From Octopus sinensis (lineage: Eukaryota), in contig NC_043005.1 in the NCBI RefSeq assembly GCF_006345805.1, positions 10,478,001 through 10,542,000 on the forward strand: DNA of 64,000 bases. Reading direction: 5' to 3'. The notes beneath the pieces were generated by a model. The model ran no database searches. It saw only the letters and a list, made by a program, of their open reading frames with translations, and was not told where the DNA came from. Position numbers and translations under genes: made by a program. Position 1 is the stretch's first letter. The number at the start of each line of letters is the position of its first letter. Below are positions 38,788-52,341 of this stretch, in pieces.

Positions 38788-39682
38788 TTTTCTCTACCTT
38801 TTTCTCTACCCATCCCACTAGGCACCAGCACCCATCTAGACTATCTCAACGCCCACTGAAGGGGGGGGGGAGGCAGTAGCACCCACTTTGAGAACCTATG
38901 ATCTAGACCACAAACATCTTCCCAGACTTTTCTATAGCTAATACAATGGCTTCTACTCCTCAGAGCTGACCAATCTTGTGTCACTTCCACTCGGGTACTC
39001 CTGACCCGCTTGGCTTTCTTCCTCTTATTATTCATATCAAGGTTAATGTTTTTTTCCTGCACCTATTGATTTACAACCCCTCAAAGGGAATGTTAATAGT
39101 ATCAAAATCATTGGTACTGAAGGATCTGCAAAAGCCCTACATGCCTGCATGTATGGCTTTTGCCAATGTATATTGGTGACAGATATAAACATAAGCAACA
39201 AGATGGGGAACAACTACTGCTCTAAGAATGAAGTGTTCTGATGTATTTTTCAACACTGTGTTGCAGATACTCTCTTGTTATTCTCCTCATTAAAAGCTGA
39301 GTAAACCATTAATTGGCCCATTGGAAGCCTGTGACTAACAGCACTATTGTTCACAAATTCTTATAAATTATGTAACTAAATGATTGGCTAGATTTCTTTC
39401 AACCCATTTTGAACTTTGATGCTAGTTTGTCATTCATTCCATCCCATTTGTAATTAATTATATCCCTTTGATTGCTGATTTCATCTACTAGTTCCAGTCA
39501 TCCATTCAAGTTGTTCATGGCTCCTGGTGCAGACTAGTAGAATCAAATCAGATGACTGGGGGAAGTATTCAGTCACCTATTCATGGACAGCAAATTCATA
39601 TCCTCTGTAAACATTTTGCTGTATTTCTGTACAAACAACTTAGTTCTACATTGCTTTAGTTTACTTTGCATCTGGAAAGAGG

Positions 39683-39869
39683 TATCAGATCATCTAATAA
39701 GTATCACATCATCTGGACGTGGACATCAGATCATCTGATAAAAAATATCAGATCAACTAGGAATATGTATCAGATCATCTGGGAATATACGTTGGGTCAC
39801 CCAATAATAATTGTCTGATTTTCTGGTTATAGATATCAGATCATCTGGAAATAGTTATCAGATCATCTG
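39683..39869. repeat. 22-bp-period array of the palindromic motif CAGA-TCA-TCTG
   Basis: Motif starts at 39683, 39702, 39724, 39746, 39768, 39834 and 39856, with two altered units in phase between. Confidence 0.85.
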
Positions 39870-39937
39870 AGAATATTAACTGCAATAGACTGCAACTCTC
39901 TGAGGACTACAACATATAACTTGAGCTAAGCACTTAC

Positions 39938-40045
39938 CTTGAAAAGAATCTTGAGTCTTAGAAGCCATGCTGTTAACTTTTTCAGTGCAGATAAAGAGTC
40001 AGTTTGCTGCTTTTGATTCTTTGATAGTACATTTTGTATTGTCTA
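39938..40045 (-). CDS. Candidate exon of an unidentified host gene
   Basis: Strong donor AAG|GTAAGT at 39938/39937 and a tandem acceptor cag/tag. Either a 105-bp open phase-0 exon (TIQNVLSKNQKQQTDSLSALKKLTAWLLRLKILFK) or a start exon agcATGG (MASKTQDSFQ-G). No homology recognised. Confidence 0.25.
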
Positions 40046-40596
40046 CTGTTTGAAACTATACATAACATGGAGTTGCCATTAAGTTACTCTGGAATGAGAA
40101 CAAATTTTTTTTTTCTAACCACAAGATTGAGCTTGTCTGACTTGATTGAAGATGTTTTGTGATCCTTTAAAGATTAGCATAAAGAGCTGACCATTGCTTA
40201 TCCACGTTTTATGCTATCTTTCTTAATGTAGCACCATCATATTAATATGTTTGTCCTATTAATACAATGTCATTTGAAGTATTTCACTTCTGCATATTTG
40301 ATTTATCTATGATTTCACACTTGAATACTTTTCTTATCAGTAAATATAGATGTAAAAATGACTGAGTAGCTATCGAATTTGCTTTGAATCCATGTTATTT
40401 CACATTCAGTTCCACTGTGAAGCATTTTGAACAGTTCTACCAATGCCATGTGAGAAGAATTTTAAGTCTGTTATACACACTATGATATTTAATGAAAAAT
40501 GATTTCCAATTGAGTAGCTGATGATGGGATATCTTTGTCTATTTAGAATAAATTGTTATTGTGATGTTTAAGTTATTTTTTTTAATGTTCTTTGGG

Positions 40597-41062
40597 ATCA
40601 TCATCATCATCATCATAATCGTTTAACGTCTGTTTTCCACGCTAGCACGGGTTGGACGGTTCGACCGGGGTCTGGGAAGCCAGGGGCTGCACCAGGCTCC
40701 AGTCTGATCTGGCAGAGTTTCTACAGCTGGATGCCCTTCCTAACGCCAACCACTCCGCGAGTGTAGTGGGTGCTTTTTACGTGCCACCTGCACAGGTGCC
40801 AGGGGGGGTCCGGCATCGGCCATGATCAGTTGGAGCCTTTAACGTGCCACCGGCACGGAAGCCAGCCAAGGCGGTGCTGGCAATGGCCACGTTCGGATGG
40901 TGCTTTTTATGTGCTACCGGCACAGAAGCCAGTCGAGGCGGTGCTGGCATGGCCACATTCGGATGGTGCTTTTTATGTGCCACCGGCACAGAAGCCAGTC
41001 GAGGCGGTGCTGGCATGGCCACGTTCGGATGGTGCTTTTTATGTGCCACCGGCACAGGTATC
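40597..41062 (-). mobile_element. RTE 3' end with expanded 66-bp internal tandem repeat
   Basis: Units start at 40885, 40951 and 41017. Confidence 0.9.
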
Positions 41063-41340
41063 ACAACTACTATTTCCATTGATATTTATTTCGATGTTCA
41101 TGTTCATATAGACATTATTCCCAATTGTTCTAATTATCTAGGGTTCTTCCATTGTCTGGTATGGGATCAGTTTAAAAGTTTCCATTGTCTTATATTTTTA
41201 TATTAATGTTTGTATTGATCATATTTTTAATTGCATTTAACTCGGTTTCATTTTGCTATTACCACCAGCTCATCAGAAATTTAGTGGTTTACAGGATTTA
41301 TTGGGTTACATATTTGCTAGTAATTATGCTATGCATGCAT

Positions 41341-41402
<62 letters not shown>

Positions 41403-42133
41403 ATGTATGTGTATGCATTAAGTAATTAGATGCACATTAAGCAGTGATGATTGAATACAGGTGTGTACAATTGTTTAACACATTTGTATACACCTAAACC
41501 AGGAAAGACCTCTGCTGCAAACACTGTCTCTAGAGGGCAATTCTCTTTATAGACAATATGTGTGAAAAAGGTGTCAATAGTCCTTGAATGATGTCACTGG
41601 ACTATAGGATATGTTTCACTTTGTTACACTGCATCAGCTATAAACACTAAATCCATTGTTCATTGCCCACTAAGAACTGTCTTTCTCATATTTAAACAGC
41701 AAATAAATCATTTACTGATACATGCAAAGCTTTGTCTAGCTGGAATTATTAATTATAGGGGTACATTAAGCAGTAATGAGTGATGGTGTGTGTGTGCAAC
41801 TGTGTTTAGCATGTTTGTGTGCACTCAAATATGGAAAAACCTCCACTGCATGTAATTACACAGAAGTAGGTGTCCTACAGTCCAGTGATATCATTCAGTG
41901 GGGTATTTTCCACACATTGTCAATGACAACAGTTTTTGCAGCAGAAGTCTTTCCATGTTTGGGTGCACACGAGTGTACTAAACATTTCAGCTGAGTACAC
42001 TGAAGCAATATGAAATGAAGTGCCTCACTCAAGGATACAATATGCCACCCAGTCTAAGAACCTGTTACATTATAATTGTGAGCCTCAAGACTTTAACCAA
42101 TAGGCTATATGCCCTTACCATTAAATTACTTAA

Positions 42134-42352
42134 CCCTTTTGTTACTGTATTTATTTTGAGATGCTCTGTTTTCTTTCAATTACTTTAAATATAACAAAGA
42201 ATTTAGTAAAATAACTTAGTTATCATTCAGCTAGTGTTAGGAACATAAATTGTGACTAAGGTTTGGTGGAAGATTTTAATTCAAAACTTATGAAAACAAG
42301 ACATTTGTACTCAGAATCAGAGCTGGTTTCAGCTGGGTTGGTAATAAAAGGG
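42134..42352. mobile_element. piggyBac-like MITE
   Basis: TTAA TSD on both sides (42130-42133, 42353-42356). TIRs cccttttgttac / gtaataaaaggg (12 bp, 1 mismatch). Confidence 0.8.
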
Positions 42353-42840
42353 TTAATCCTAGAGAAATGATTAAATTAGGAAAAAAAGTCCAGGACTTAG
42401 GATTATGAAGAGCTAAACACATATTTTGAGGTCTATTTGTTTTTCCTCTATTAAACATTTTCCTAAAGTCTGCCACCTAACTTCATCTCAATAATTCTTT
42501 TCTTTAACAAGTATCACTGGCTTGATACTTAATTCTGGATTATGCAGCATTAAATGTGGAAATAATCTCCTCTTCTTCTGCCAGATTTTCTCTAACAGTT
42601 TTATTCTATTTCCATATACACAATGTAACTGGATTGATGGCGGAATTGTTCAGATTGCAATACAGTAATATTTTTGGATTCACTGCTTCTATAAATCTAC
42701 GACCTATACAAATATGACTTGTACCTGCCAAATGATGATGTAACCCTCTATCCATCCCTTCAACTGTCACAGTCTGAATATTCCTCTGGGTCAAGACTGT
42801 TTTAAATGCCTATCTAGCTATGAGTTGATATAGATTCTAT

Positions 42841-43254
42841 TCTCTTTCTCTCTTTCTCTTTTACTTGTTTCAGTCAGTTGACTGCGGCCATGCTGGAGCA
42901 CCGCCTTTAGTCGAGCAACTCGACCCCGGGACTTATTCTTTGTAAGCCCAGTACTTATTCTATCGGTCTCTTTTGCCGAACCGCTAAGTAACGGGGACGT
43001 AAACACACCAGCATCGGTTGTCAAGCAATGCTAGTGGGACAAACACAGATACACACATACACATACATACATATATATATATACATATATACGACGGGCT
43101 TCTTTCAGTTTCCGTCTACCAAATCCACTCACAATGCTTTGGTCGGCCCGAGGCTATAGTAGAAGACACTTGCCCAAGGTGCCACGCAGTGGGACTGAAC
43201 CCAGAACCATGTGGTTGGTAAACAAGCTACTTACCACACAGCCACTCCTGCGCC
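42841..43254 (-). mobile_element. SINE family A, full length
   Basis: Reverse complement of the consensus. Confidence 0.9.
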
Positions 43255-43357
43255 TATGTCAGCTTAGCTATATAGGCGCCTAAAACAATTCATGGGAATA
43301 TGGTATATGATGTGATATATGCTTAATGATATCCTTAATTTTAAAATTACTTAATTA

Positions 43358-43569
43358 TGCACATTCACGGGTTGCGGATCCGTGGAACAAGCTGCCAGAC
43401 GAGATGGTGAAGATGCCGACGGCCGCTTTGTTCAAAGTCTCCCTTGACCTCAAGTGGCCTGAACTCTTTACATGAACACCACCCTGTACATAACTCCATG
43501 TCCCCCTACATGGCCTTGCTTTTTGCTTTTTGAGCCAAAAAAATTAATTAACTAACTAACTAACTAACT
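43358..43569 (+). mobile_element. CR1-group LINE extreme 3' end with (TAAC)n tail
   Basis: SRVADPWNKLPDEMVKMPTAALFKVSLDLKWPELFT* followed by a short UTR and taactaactaac. Confidence 0.85.
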
Positions 43570-44293
43570 TATAGAAGTAAAATAGTGGTTGCTAGTCTTC
43601 TAGTGCATATGTGTCCAAGATAATGTAACCCCTAATAGTAATGGCATAGGAGCTTGGAAAATATAATATTATGCAGAATACATTATATTTTAATAACTAT
43701 TGGGTGTGGGCTCTTCTAAATTTTATTGAATTTGTGATAAACTGTAAGATTTTATAACATACTGTGTCAAAAAGAAAGTGTTTGATTTTTCATGTTTAAT
43801 TCCCAGAAAGAAATTAATATGAATAATAGTTGATATATATTTGCATAAATGATCCATTTTCTCTGCAAGTTCTTTAAAGGAAGCTTTATAGTATTTACAT
43901 TAAAGAAATTAAGTTGTTTAAGAATGAAAGTTATCTCTTGGCAATAATTCTCTTTATTGCCAAATTAATTTATACAGTTAAACAATAATTGTCCAAAGAT
44001 ATTGTCATTGATTTAGCCATTAACAAGCTTTGTATTAAACACTTCTCTGAAATTCTTAATAGTTAATATTAAAATCTCTCACCCTCTGTCTTTGTCCCTC
44101 TCTCTCTGTCTCTCTCTTTTTCTCTCACTCTCACACTCTCTAATAAGTGTGTGCATGCATGTATATATATATATATATATTTGTATATGACTGATTGAAT
44201 AAGCCATGAAATCTGAATCAACTTTAATGTATATGTGCTTCTGTGTGTGCGTGTGTGTAATCATTTATGTGTATACATCAGTTTGTATATGCA

Positions 44294-44327
<34 letters not shown>

Positions 44328-44509
44328 TAGCTTGTAAATATTTCATATTTTCTTTATATGCTATATCTGAAGTCCAAAACTTTTGTTTCTTCAATTCACA
44401 CGAAGCCATAGCATTGATGACTTATGTCATCATGAGTTTCCAATGATTAAATATCTCACTTTGATTAACTAAAATTATATTAGCTATGACCATGTGCATC
44501 TTACTGCTG

Positions 44510-44558
<49 letters not shown>

Positions 44559-44801
44559 ACACACACACAAATATATATGTATGTTCTTGATGGTAATATA
44601 ACTGAAATTAAGGCATCCAATATTAATTAGACATAAAATTTAACTATATGTGATACATTATCTAAACATCAAAACTGGATATACAGGATGAGTAGTAAAT
44701 TGTGTATGTGGATATATATATATATCCATAAACATACACAAATGCATGCATACATATATGTATATACACATGTCTGCCCATACACACACACACATACAGA
44801 T

Positions 44802-45190
44802 GCAGGCATGGCTATGTAGTTAACAAATTTATTTCCAACCCATGTGGTTTTGGGTTCGGGCCCATTCTATGGCAACTTCAGCAAGTGTCTTCTACTATAA
44901 CACTGGTTAAACTAAACTGGAAAGAAGCTTGTTGTGTGTGTGCAAGAGAGAGAGAGAGAGAGAGAGCATGTGTGTGTGTATTTGCATCTCCTTGTCAAGG
45001 CATTGCTTGGCAGTCGTAGATAAATTTCTTCATCATACACAATGTGTAGTTCATTTCAAATATTCCAATAATAAAGAGATATGACCTTGGTTGGCGAGAG
45101 TTGTGGACAGGTAGAGTATCAAGCCATAGAAAATCTGCTTCAATGAATTCCACATGACCCTTGCTAGAATGGAAAAGGTGATGTTAGAAT
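44802..45190 (+). mobile_element. Old SINE with family-A-like head/CORE but RTE-like 3' tail
   Basis: gcaggcatggctatgtagtt..gcaagtgtcttctactata..microsatellite..tagaaaatctgcttcaatgaattcc..gaatggaaaaggtgatgtta. Related tails at about 7330-7420 and 31190-31295. Confidence 0.55.
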
Positions 45191-46576
45191 ATATATATTC
45201 TAACCTCTCACCTGGCACAAAACTACTTCTCAGCTGAGAGGTCTTTATCTTACTTTGCCACCCCACTGGTGTTGGTGCCGTGCCATATAAAAGGCACCTG
45301 TGTTGGTGTCACATAAATATCACACAGTGCACTCTGTAGAGTGGTTGGCATTAGGAAGGGCATCCAGCTGTAGAAACCATGCCAAAACAGACAATGGAGA
45401 CTGGTGCAACTCTCCAGCCTGCCAGCTCCTGTCAAACCAGTTAACCTATGCCAGCATGGAAGACAATGATGATGATGAGAGTATGTTTGTGAGAGAGAGA
45501 GAGAAAGAATGAATTAGGTAGATATTTTGGCTGATAGACAGCCAGATAAATAAAATGAAAGAAATGATTCACTGTCAGTTTTCTCTGTAAGTATTCAGTT
45601 GTCTGATCAACTGAACTAGCTGCTTATTGTTGTGTGAGTGGCTGAGTATTCTCCTGTCACATATTCTTAATGTAATTTGCCGATAGATTCAGTATATCAT
45701 GTGAGAAGATTGAACTTTTGAATTGCAGTTTCCAATCCATCTGGTGAGCTTTTAAATAATATGTCTCACCGTGTTTCACTCACTCACAAGGCTTGGAATC
45801 AACTTGAAGCTGTTGTAAATTACACGTGCCCAAGATGTCAAGTAGTTTAATTAAACACAAGATTTTGTAATTGCAAGTAAACTTCCTAACGAATTGGCCA
45901 TGCTACTTTTACAATTTTTAGCAATTTATTCATAGAATAATAATAGCTGAATGTATAAACGAAAGAAGGATTATGAGGTTACAGATTTGTCTAGATCATG
46001 TGCTATTAAATTTACCTGTACAGATTTTCACATCTCATTAGCAAATACGAAAAATAATTTTTAAAAAGTAATAAGCAATAACAAAAAATTTAATAAATGC
46101 TTTTATATATAAGCTATGTTCATTAATTGAAAAACAAAATTATAACAATCTAACAAATTAGTTATAAATTTTACCAATCAACACATTAGGAATACCTTTA
46201 CACAATGGCCTGCAAGCAATTAATATATGTAATTTTTAATAAAACATTCAATGGTATCATTATACTTATAGTTAATGCAGATATTGTACTCATTATATAC
46301 TGTAGAAAAGTTGAAATACCTGTTATATTCAAAAGGAAAAAAAGAAAATATATATTTACATAGAGGTTATTATGTTTTGTAATTACATTTAACCATACTT
46401 CTGTCTTGTAAAAATTAAAAACACTTATATTTTATTTTAAGAAATAAATGTAAAATGAGGTAAAAAATTTTATTTCTTCAATATTTCTTTTATAATCCTA
46501 TTATTGTAAAATAGGCGTATTCTTCATTGATTATTTTTGTTAACAGAACTCTAGTCTAGATGACTCTCTCTCTCTT

Positions 46577-46623
<47 letters not shown>

Positions 46624-46899
46624 CCCCCCTCCCCTTCCTGAAGCTCTATAATACATGCATTGTACTATTGCCACTCAGTGTCCCCTTCGTTCTAATGGAT
46701 TGAACTAATGCTTCCAGTGCCTCTACTTTTACTGTACATCATTGATGCATACTGACAGAGAAGCACTGCTGCATAAAATTCCTTTGAACACAACAAGGCT
46801 ATCAACATATGTAACTGAATATATCTATTATTATTATAAGACTTTTATTTATTTATGTAGGATGAAATGTTACAATGTAAAAATGGGGAATTACATACA

Positions 46900-47098
46900 T
46901 ACATACATGCATGCATATCCTCCCACCACACACACACACACACATATATGTGTGTGTGTGTGTGTATTTATGTATGTATGTATATATATTTATCTATGTA
47001 TGTACATATATGTTTATATATGTACGTGTATGTATGTGTATATATATCATCATCATCATCACGTTAAACGATGATGATGATATATGTATATATATATG

Positions 47099-47174
<76 letters not shown>

Positions 47175-47317
47175 TGTATGTATATATATATATGTATGTA
47201 TATATGTATGTATATATATATATGTATGTTATATATATATATGTATGTATATATATATATATATATATGTATGTATATATATATATGTATGTATATATGT
47301 ATGTATATATATATATG

Positions 47318-47382
<65 letters not shown>

Positions 47383-47450
47383 ATATACATGTGTGTGTGT
47401 GTGTGTATGTATGCATGTATGTGTTTGTATTTGTATGAGTATGTATATTT
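46900..47450. repeat. Large compound TA/TATG microsatellite
   Basis: About 550 bp simple repeat. Source of the Y/I-rich ORFs. Confidence 0.95.
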
Positions 47451-47753
47451 CAGTATATAAACACTTCCTAGAAAACTATTTTTATCAATATAAAAACTAG
47501 GCAGTAAGCTGAATAATGAAGAAGGCACAATAAATGGAATATATAGATGTAGAATGGAATATTAATGACCTAATTTTTGCTAAATTATGATACAGCAATA
47601 TTTTAGCTAATCTATATTCTTTTACTCTTAATGTTTCAATTCCTTCTAGTATTAACTAAAATTCTTGAAATGGTAGAAAATAAGAAATGGAGAGAAATGT
47701 TATGTGTATAGGAAAGTATTATCAGTACCAGACTACCATTATCATAGGTATAT

Positions 47754-47794
<41 letters not shown>

Positions 47795-49472
47795 TGTGTG
47801 TATGTGTGTGTGTGTGTGTGTGTATGCTTGTGTGAGTGTGTGTGTATGAATTTGTGTTTATGGTGAAACTGATTTGTATGAATATGTAATAAACAGCAAA
47901 ATGTCTGTTCTAACCATGAAAGAGTTCTTTTTTTGTTTTTCCTTATTCTCTATCAACTGATTTCTCTCAAATGCATTCACTACATGCATACATACATACA
48001 TACATATACATATTCCCCTTTCATCTAACAATAATTTTAATTTTGTAAATAAGTAATTTTCCCCTTTTAATATTTAGAGATATATTTAATTCAGAATTAA
48101 ATTTATACTATTTCACCAACTCAGCAATACAAATCATTGTCAGTTAAAATTTTTATTTAACAAAATAAAAATCAATTATCGACAACTGAAATAATTATTT
48201 TTAAATGTCATATGATTGAATAGGTCCTTAGTTTTGTTGTAAATAGTTGTAAATGGAAATATGTAAAGAGAAGTTCAATAATGTTTGATTTACTATATGT
48301 ATTTCTTGTTATAGGAGAAACATGAGTCAAAAAGCCAACTATTCTAGATAGTTGGTGGTTGTTAGGATAGAGAGAATGTGATAGCTTTGTGTTCAGTTAC
48401 TGTCTATAATAACACAGTAAAGATGGCTTGATTTAAAGCCATTTGCATACGATGGATGGATGGATGGATGGAAGAACAGATGAAAGGATAGATGGCTAGA
48501 TGGATGGAAACCTGTAATGGTAGTAGCATTAGAGGAAGCCTGGAGCTGAAAATGCCCAGCAATAGCATAGAAGTTGCAGTTCGCATTGGTTGCTGAGTTG
48601 GATTGTCGATGTGATGAACAATTATCTTTTCCACTGTCTACCCAGGAAAAATAAAATTGATTTAATGGATTCAGAGAAAGAAATTAACAAATCATCTTAA
48701 AGTAGGACTTGTGAGAAATACGTACAACTTGCATTTTTCATTTTTATACAGAGGCTTGCTGTTGCTATGTTCTAACTAGGGAAATTTTGATGCTAAATTA
48801 GAATCATACATAACACACACATACACATATAATTTCCATTTATATATATATATACATATAATTACTATTTTGGATTCTAACCTCCTTGTCTATACTCAAA
48901 TATCTTCCTAATAGTTTCAATAGTTTCCTTTTATGACTGGTAGAGTGTAACCACTGGCTTATTACTTGGATGACTTTCCAATATAACCCCTTATAGAAGT
49001 AATAAGCTGAGGTTTAACATTACTGATCTTATCCTTATTGTTGTTGTTAGTAGGTTGAATCTGAGGCAGTTGATAACTTTTAGGTTGTAGAAAAGCAAAA
49101 TTTGTTCCTCTGAAGTTAAAGGGCTTCAAATAAGGAAAAGGAATGTATAAAACGCAGCTGTACACTTTAATACAATGTCTAGCCAACAAGAGGCTTTTTT
49201 TTTCCAAAGGATATTATGATCTTCATGAATTTTTTTACTTCTTATACACACTGATCCTTATACACAATTATGTAAATGTAATAATTTCCATCTGCTGGCC
49301 AGGCAATATCAGAAATACAGGTTTCTCTGGCTAAGGATCTGGCAACTATTTGTTGCACAAAAGATAATGATGGGATAGGGATCGATTGGGTACACATACA
49401 AACCAATAATTGAGTATGACCAGAGGGGACCTTACATAGAACCCTTTAGGAAAAAGTTACATCAAATTTGAG

Positions 49473-49865
49473 ATCATCATCATCATCATCATCGTTTAGC
49501 GTCTGCTTTCCATGCTAGCATGGGTTGGACGGTTCAACCGGGGTCTGGGAAGCCAGAAGGCTGCACCAGGCCCAGTCTGATCTGGCAATGTTTCTACGGC
49601 TGGATGCCCTTCCTAACGCCAACCACTCCATGAGTGTAGTGGGTGCTTTTTACGTGCCAGACGAGTCTGGCAAACGGCCACGATCGGATGGTGCTTTTTA
49701 TGTGCCACCGGCATGGAGGCCAGGCGAGGCTGGCAACGGCCACGAACGGATGGTGCTTTTTACGTGCCACCAGCATGAGGCCAGTCGGGATGGTGCTGGC
49801 AACGGCCACGTTCGGATGGTTCTCTTACGTGCCACCGGCACTGGTAACTCAGCTGCAATTTCCAT
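49473..49865 (-). mobile_element. RTE 3' end, 5'-truncated
   Basis: Same family as 31298 and 40597. Confidence 0.9.
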
Positions 49866-50651
49866 TGATCGAAACAAAAAAAAAATGAACATTAGAAACA
49901 AATTCTCTTCTTCTTTTAATGATTTCACTCATTAAACTGTTTGGCAATGGGTTCATGAGTTTACTTGAATGACATGGTATTTACATTATCAATTGATCAC
50001 TTGATAAGAAATCTTCAAATATAAATGTCATTTAGTAGTTAAAAACTTTATTTTGTTAATTCTATAATTTCCTCAATCTTCATCTCATTTACCTTCACCT
50101 TCGGTCAGTTTAATGATAATCAACAATTTTGCTTTCTTCTAATGATCTTATCCATAATATTTCCCAACACCATCTTACTCTTGCACATTTTGTAACCTTT
50201 GCAACCAAATGCTCATCAGATGTCAGCATCTTGCCTTAATTGGGAATAGTGTAGACATTTAATGAGTCATGACATCTTAGCATTGATGATAAAATTCATA
50301 AGAAATTTGGATGAATTCTTTAGATTCAGTTTTCAACAAGATTTGTCTGAAAAAAAAACACAGTAACTTTCAATGCAACAACAATAGATAAGACAAGCAA
50401 AATGATGACATTTCAAAATGTAAATGTTGATGGGTATTTTTGTATGAAAACAAACTCATATAATGCATACCTATCAGTTTGCCTATCTATCTATACATAT
50501 CAATCTATTTGTCTGTGTGTCTAGAGAAAAAGGAAGAGTGAATGAAAGAAAATGGGGGGGGTCTCAGTCATTGGAGTGCAAGCATGCCATACACTGTCTT
50601 TAGTTGATTATATAAACCTCAATACTTATTTTAGTGAATTATATTTATTGA

Positions 50652-50917
50652 CTGGCCTCATGCCGGTGGCACGTAAAAAGCACAATCCGTCCGTGGCCGT
50701 TTGCCAGCTCCGTCTGGCACCTGTGCGGGTGGCACGTAAAAAGCAACCACTACACTCACGGAGTGGTTGGCGTTAGGAAGGGTATCCAACCATAGAAACA
50801 CTGCCAGATCAGACTGGGCCTGATGCAGCCTTCTGGCTTCACAGACCCCAGTTGAACCATCCAACCCATGCTAGCATGGAAAGCAGACGCTAAATGATGA
50901 TGATGATGATGATGATG
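50652..50917 (+). mobile_element. RTE 3' end with (GAT)n tail
   Basis: Same family. Very similar to 59891-60158. Confidence 0.9.
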
Positions 50918-51021
50918 AACAGCTAAATTACATTATATTTACACAAAATGTAAATATAAGCGCATAGAAAAATCTGGACACAATGCACACTCACACACAC
51001 ATACCATATATGAATATATGT

Positions 51022-51130
<109 letters not shown>

Positions 51131-52341
51131 CATACATACATATGTATGTGTGAGAGAGAGAGATAGGCTTCCACACAAATTCTGTCTACTAAGTCCACTC
51201 AGGATGTATTAGTCAACACAAGGCCGCAGTTAGACATGTATCCAAGGAGCCAGACAGTGGAATATTCCACTATTTTATTTTTGTAACAAATTTATTTCAG
51301 CAAAAATCTTTACACTTTATGATTTGATATCTCCATGCAGTCATTCACCCTGTTGCAAATGGTAGCTAAATATCCCTCTTAAGCATACTCTATTAACTTA
51401 AAATTAAAACAGTTTAATGCCAGATATACAACATTACTGGATGGTCACAGCCAGAATCGCTTTGATCATAAGCCTTCTAAGTCAGGAATCATTTAGGGCT
51501 TAAAACAACAATAATATCAATATTGAATCACAGGTAAAACTACTTTTTTTTTTTTGCCGATGAATCATTACTATTAAGTAACAAGTAAATTAATTATTCA
51601 TCTAGCTTTTCACTTCATATCTAATTTATAAATGAAACAAAGGATAACTCTTGTGCTTGAGTAAACATAATGTGGGTGGGTCAGTGATAGGGTGGATGAA
51701 TGGTGGTGATGGGCTGAAGGCTCATTATGGGGATTAATTATGGGTTGGTGAACAAAGTTAGGAATGAGGCTAGAGGAACTTCCGAGAGAAGTACTGCTAT
51801 GATATAAAACTAGCTTGATAAAATGATAGTGGTGATGGAAGTGGTGGTGGTGATGGAAAAGAGAAACACTAGTTAGTTACTTAGTTAATCAGCTTATTTT
51901 CATTTAACTGATTTTGCTCATTGAACTATGGGGGATGCTGGGGCATCACCTTCAAAGATATAGTTCTTTAAACCACTTCCCCCACTTCTCCATATCCCTG
52001 ATCCAGCTGACTTATGATCCGAAACATCCCAGTCATGAACCTCATGCTATTTATTAAGACACAGTGAACTTTGCACAACATTATCTAATTTGTCTTCCAG
52101 TTTCTTTTAAAGATAGCTAGGTGTAATTTGAGGGAGATTTCGATGTTATTTAGTTTAGCCCAAAGTTAACCCTTATTGAACAAATTTACTGCCAATGGTG
52201 TTCCACTCATGACCATTGTGTGTTTTTATACATTTGGGACTGCACTGTCTCAATGTATCTTTTTTGGAAGGAATTGATTAGGAAGCTATTTAGATGCTAA
52301 TTCTAGAAGTTGATGGATTGCTTAGTGGTAGTCATATAGGA

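Noticed and set aside
38860-38915. hAT-like terminus (cccactttgagaacc)
   Set aside because: Only one end found, with no partner TIR or 8-bp TSD.
39683-39869. Palindromic repeat-spacer pattern as CRISPR-like
   Set aside because: Repeat about 14 bp and spacers about 8 bp are far too short, and there are no cas genes. Kept only as a phased-motif finding.
50093-50346. Minus-strand segment with a strong acceptor (ttttttttcag) and a donor AAG|GTAAAT
   Set aside because: Stops in all three frames. It could be a UTR exon, but nothing in the sequence supports that.
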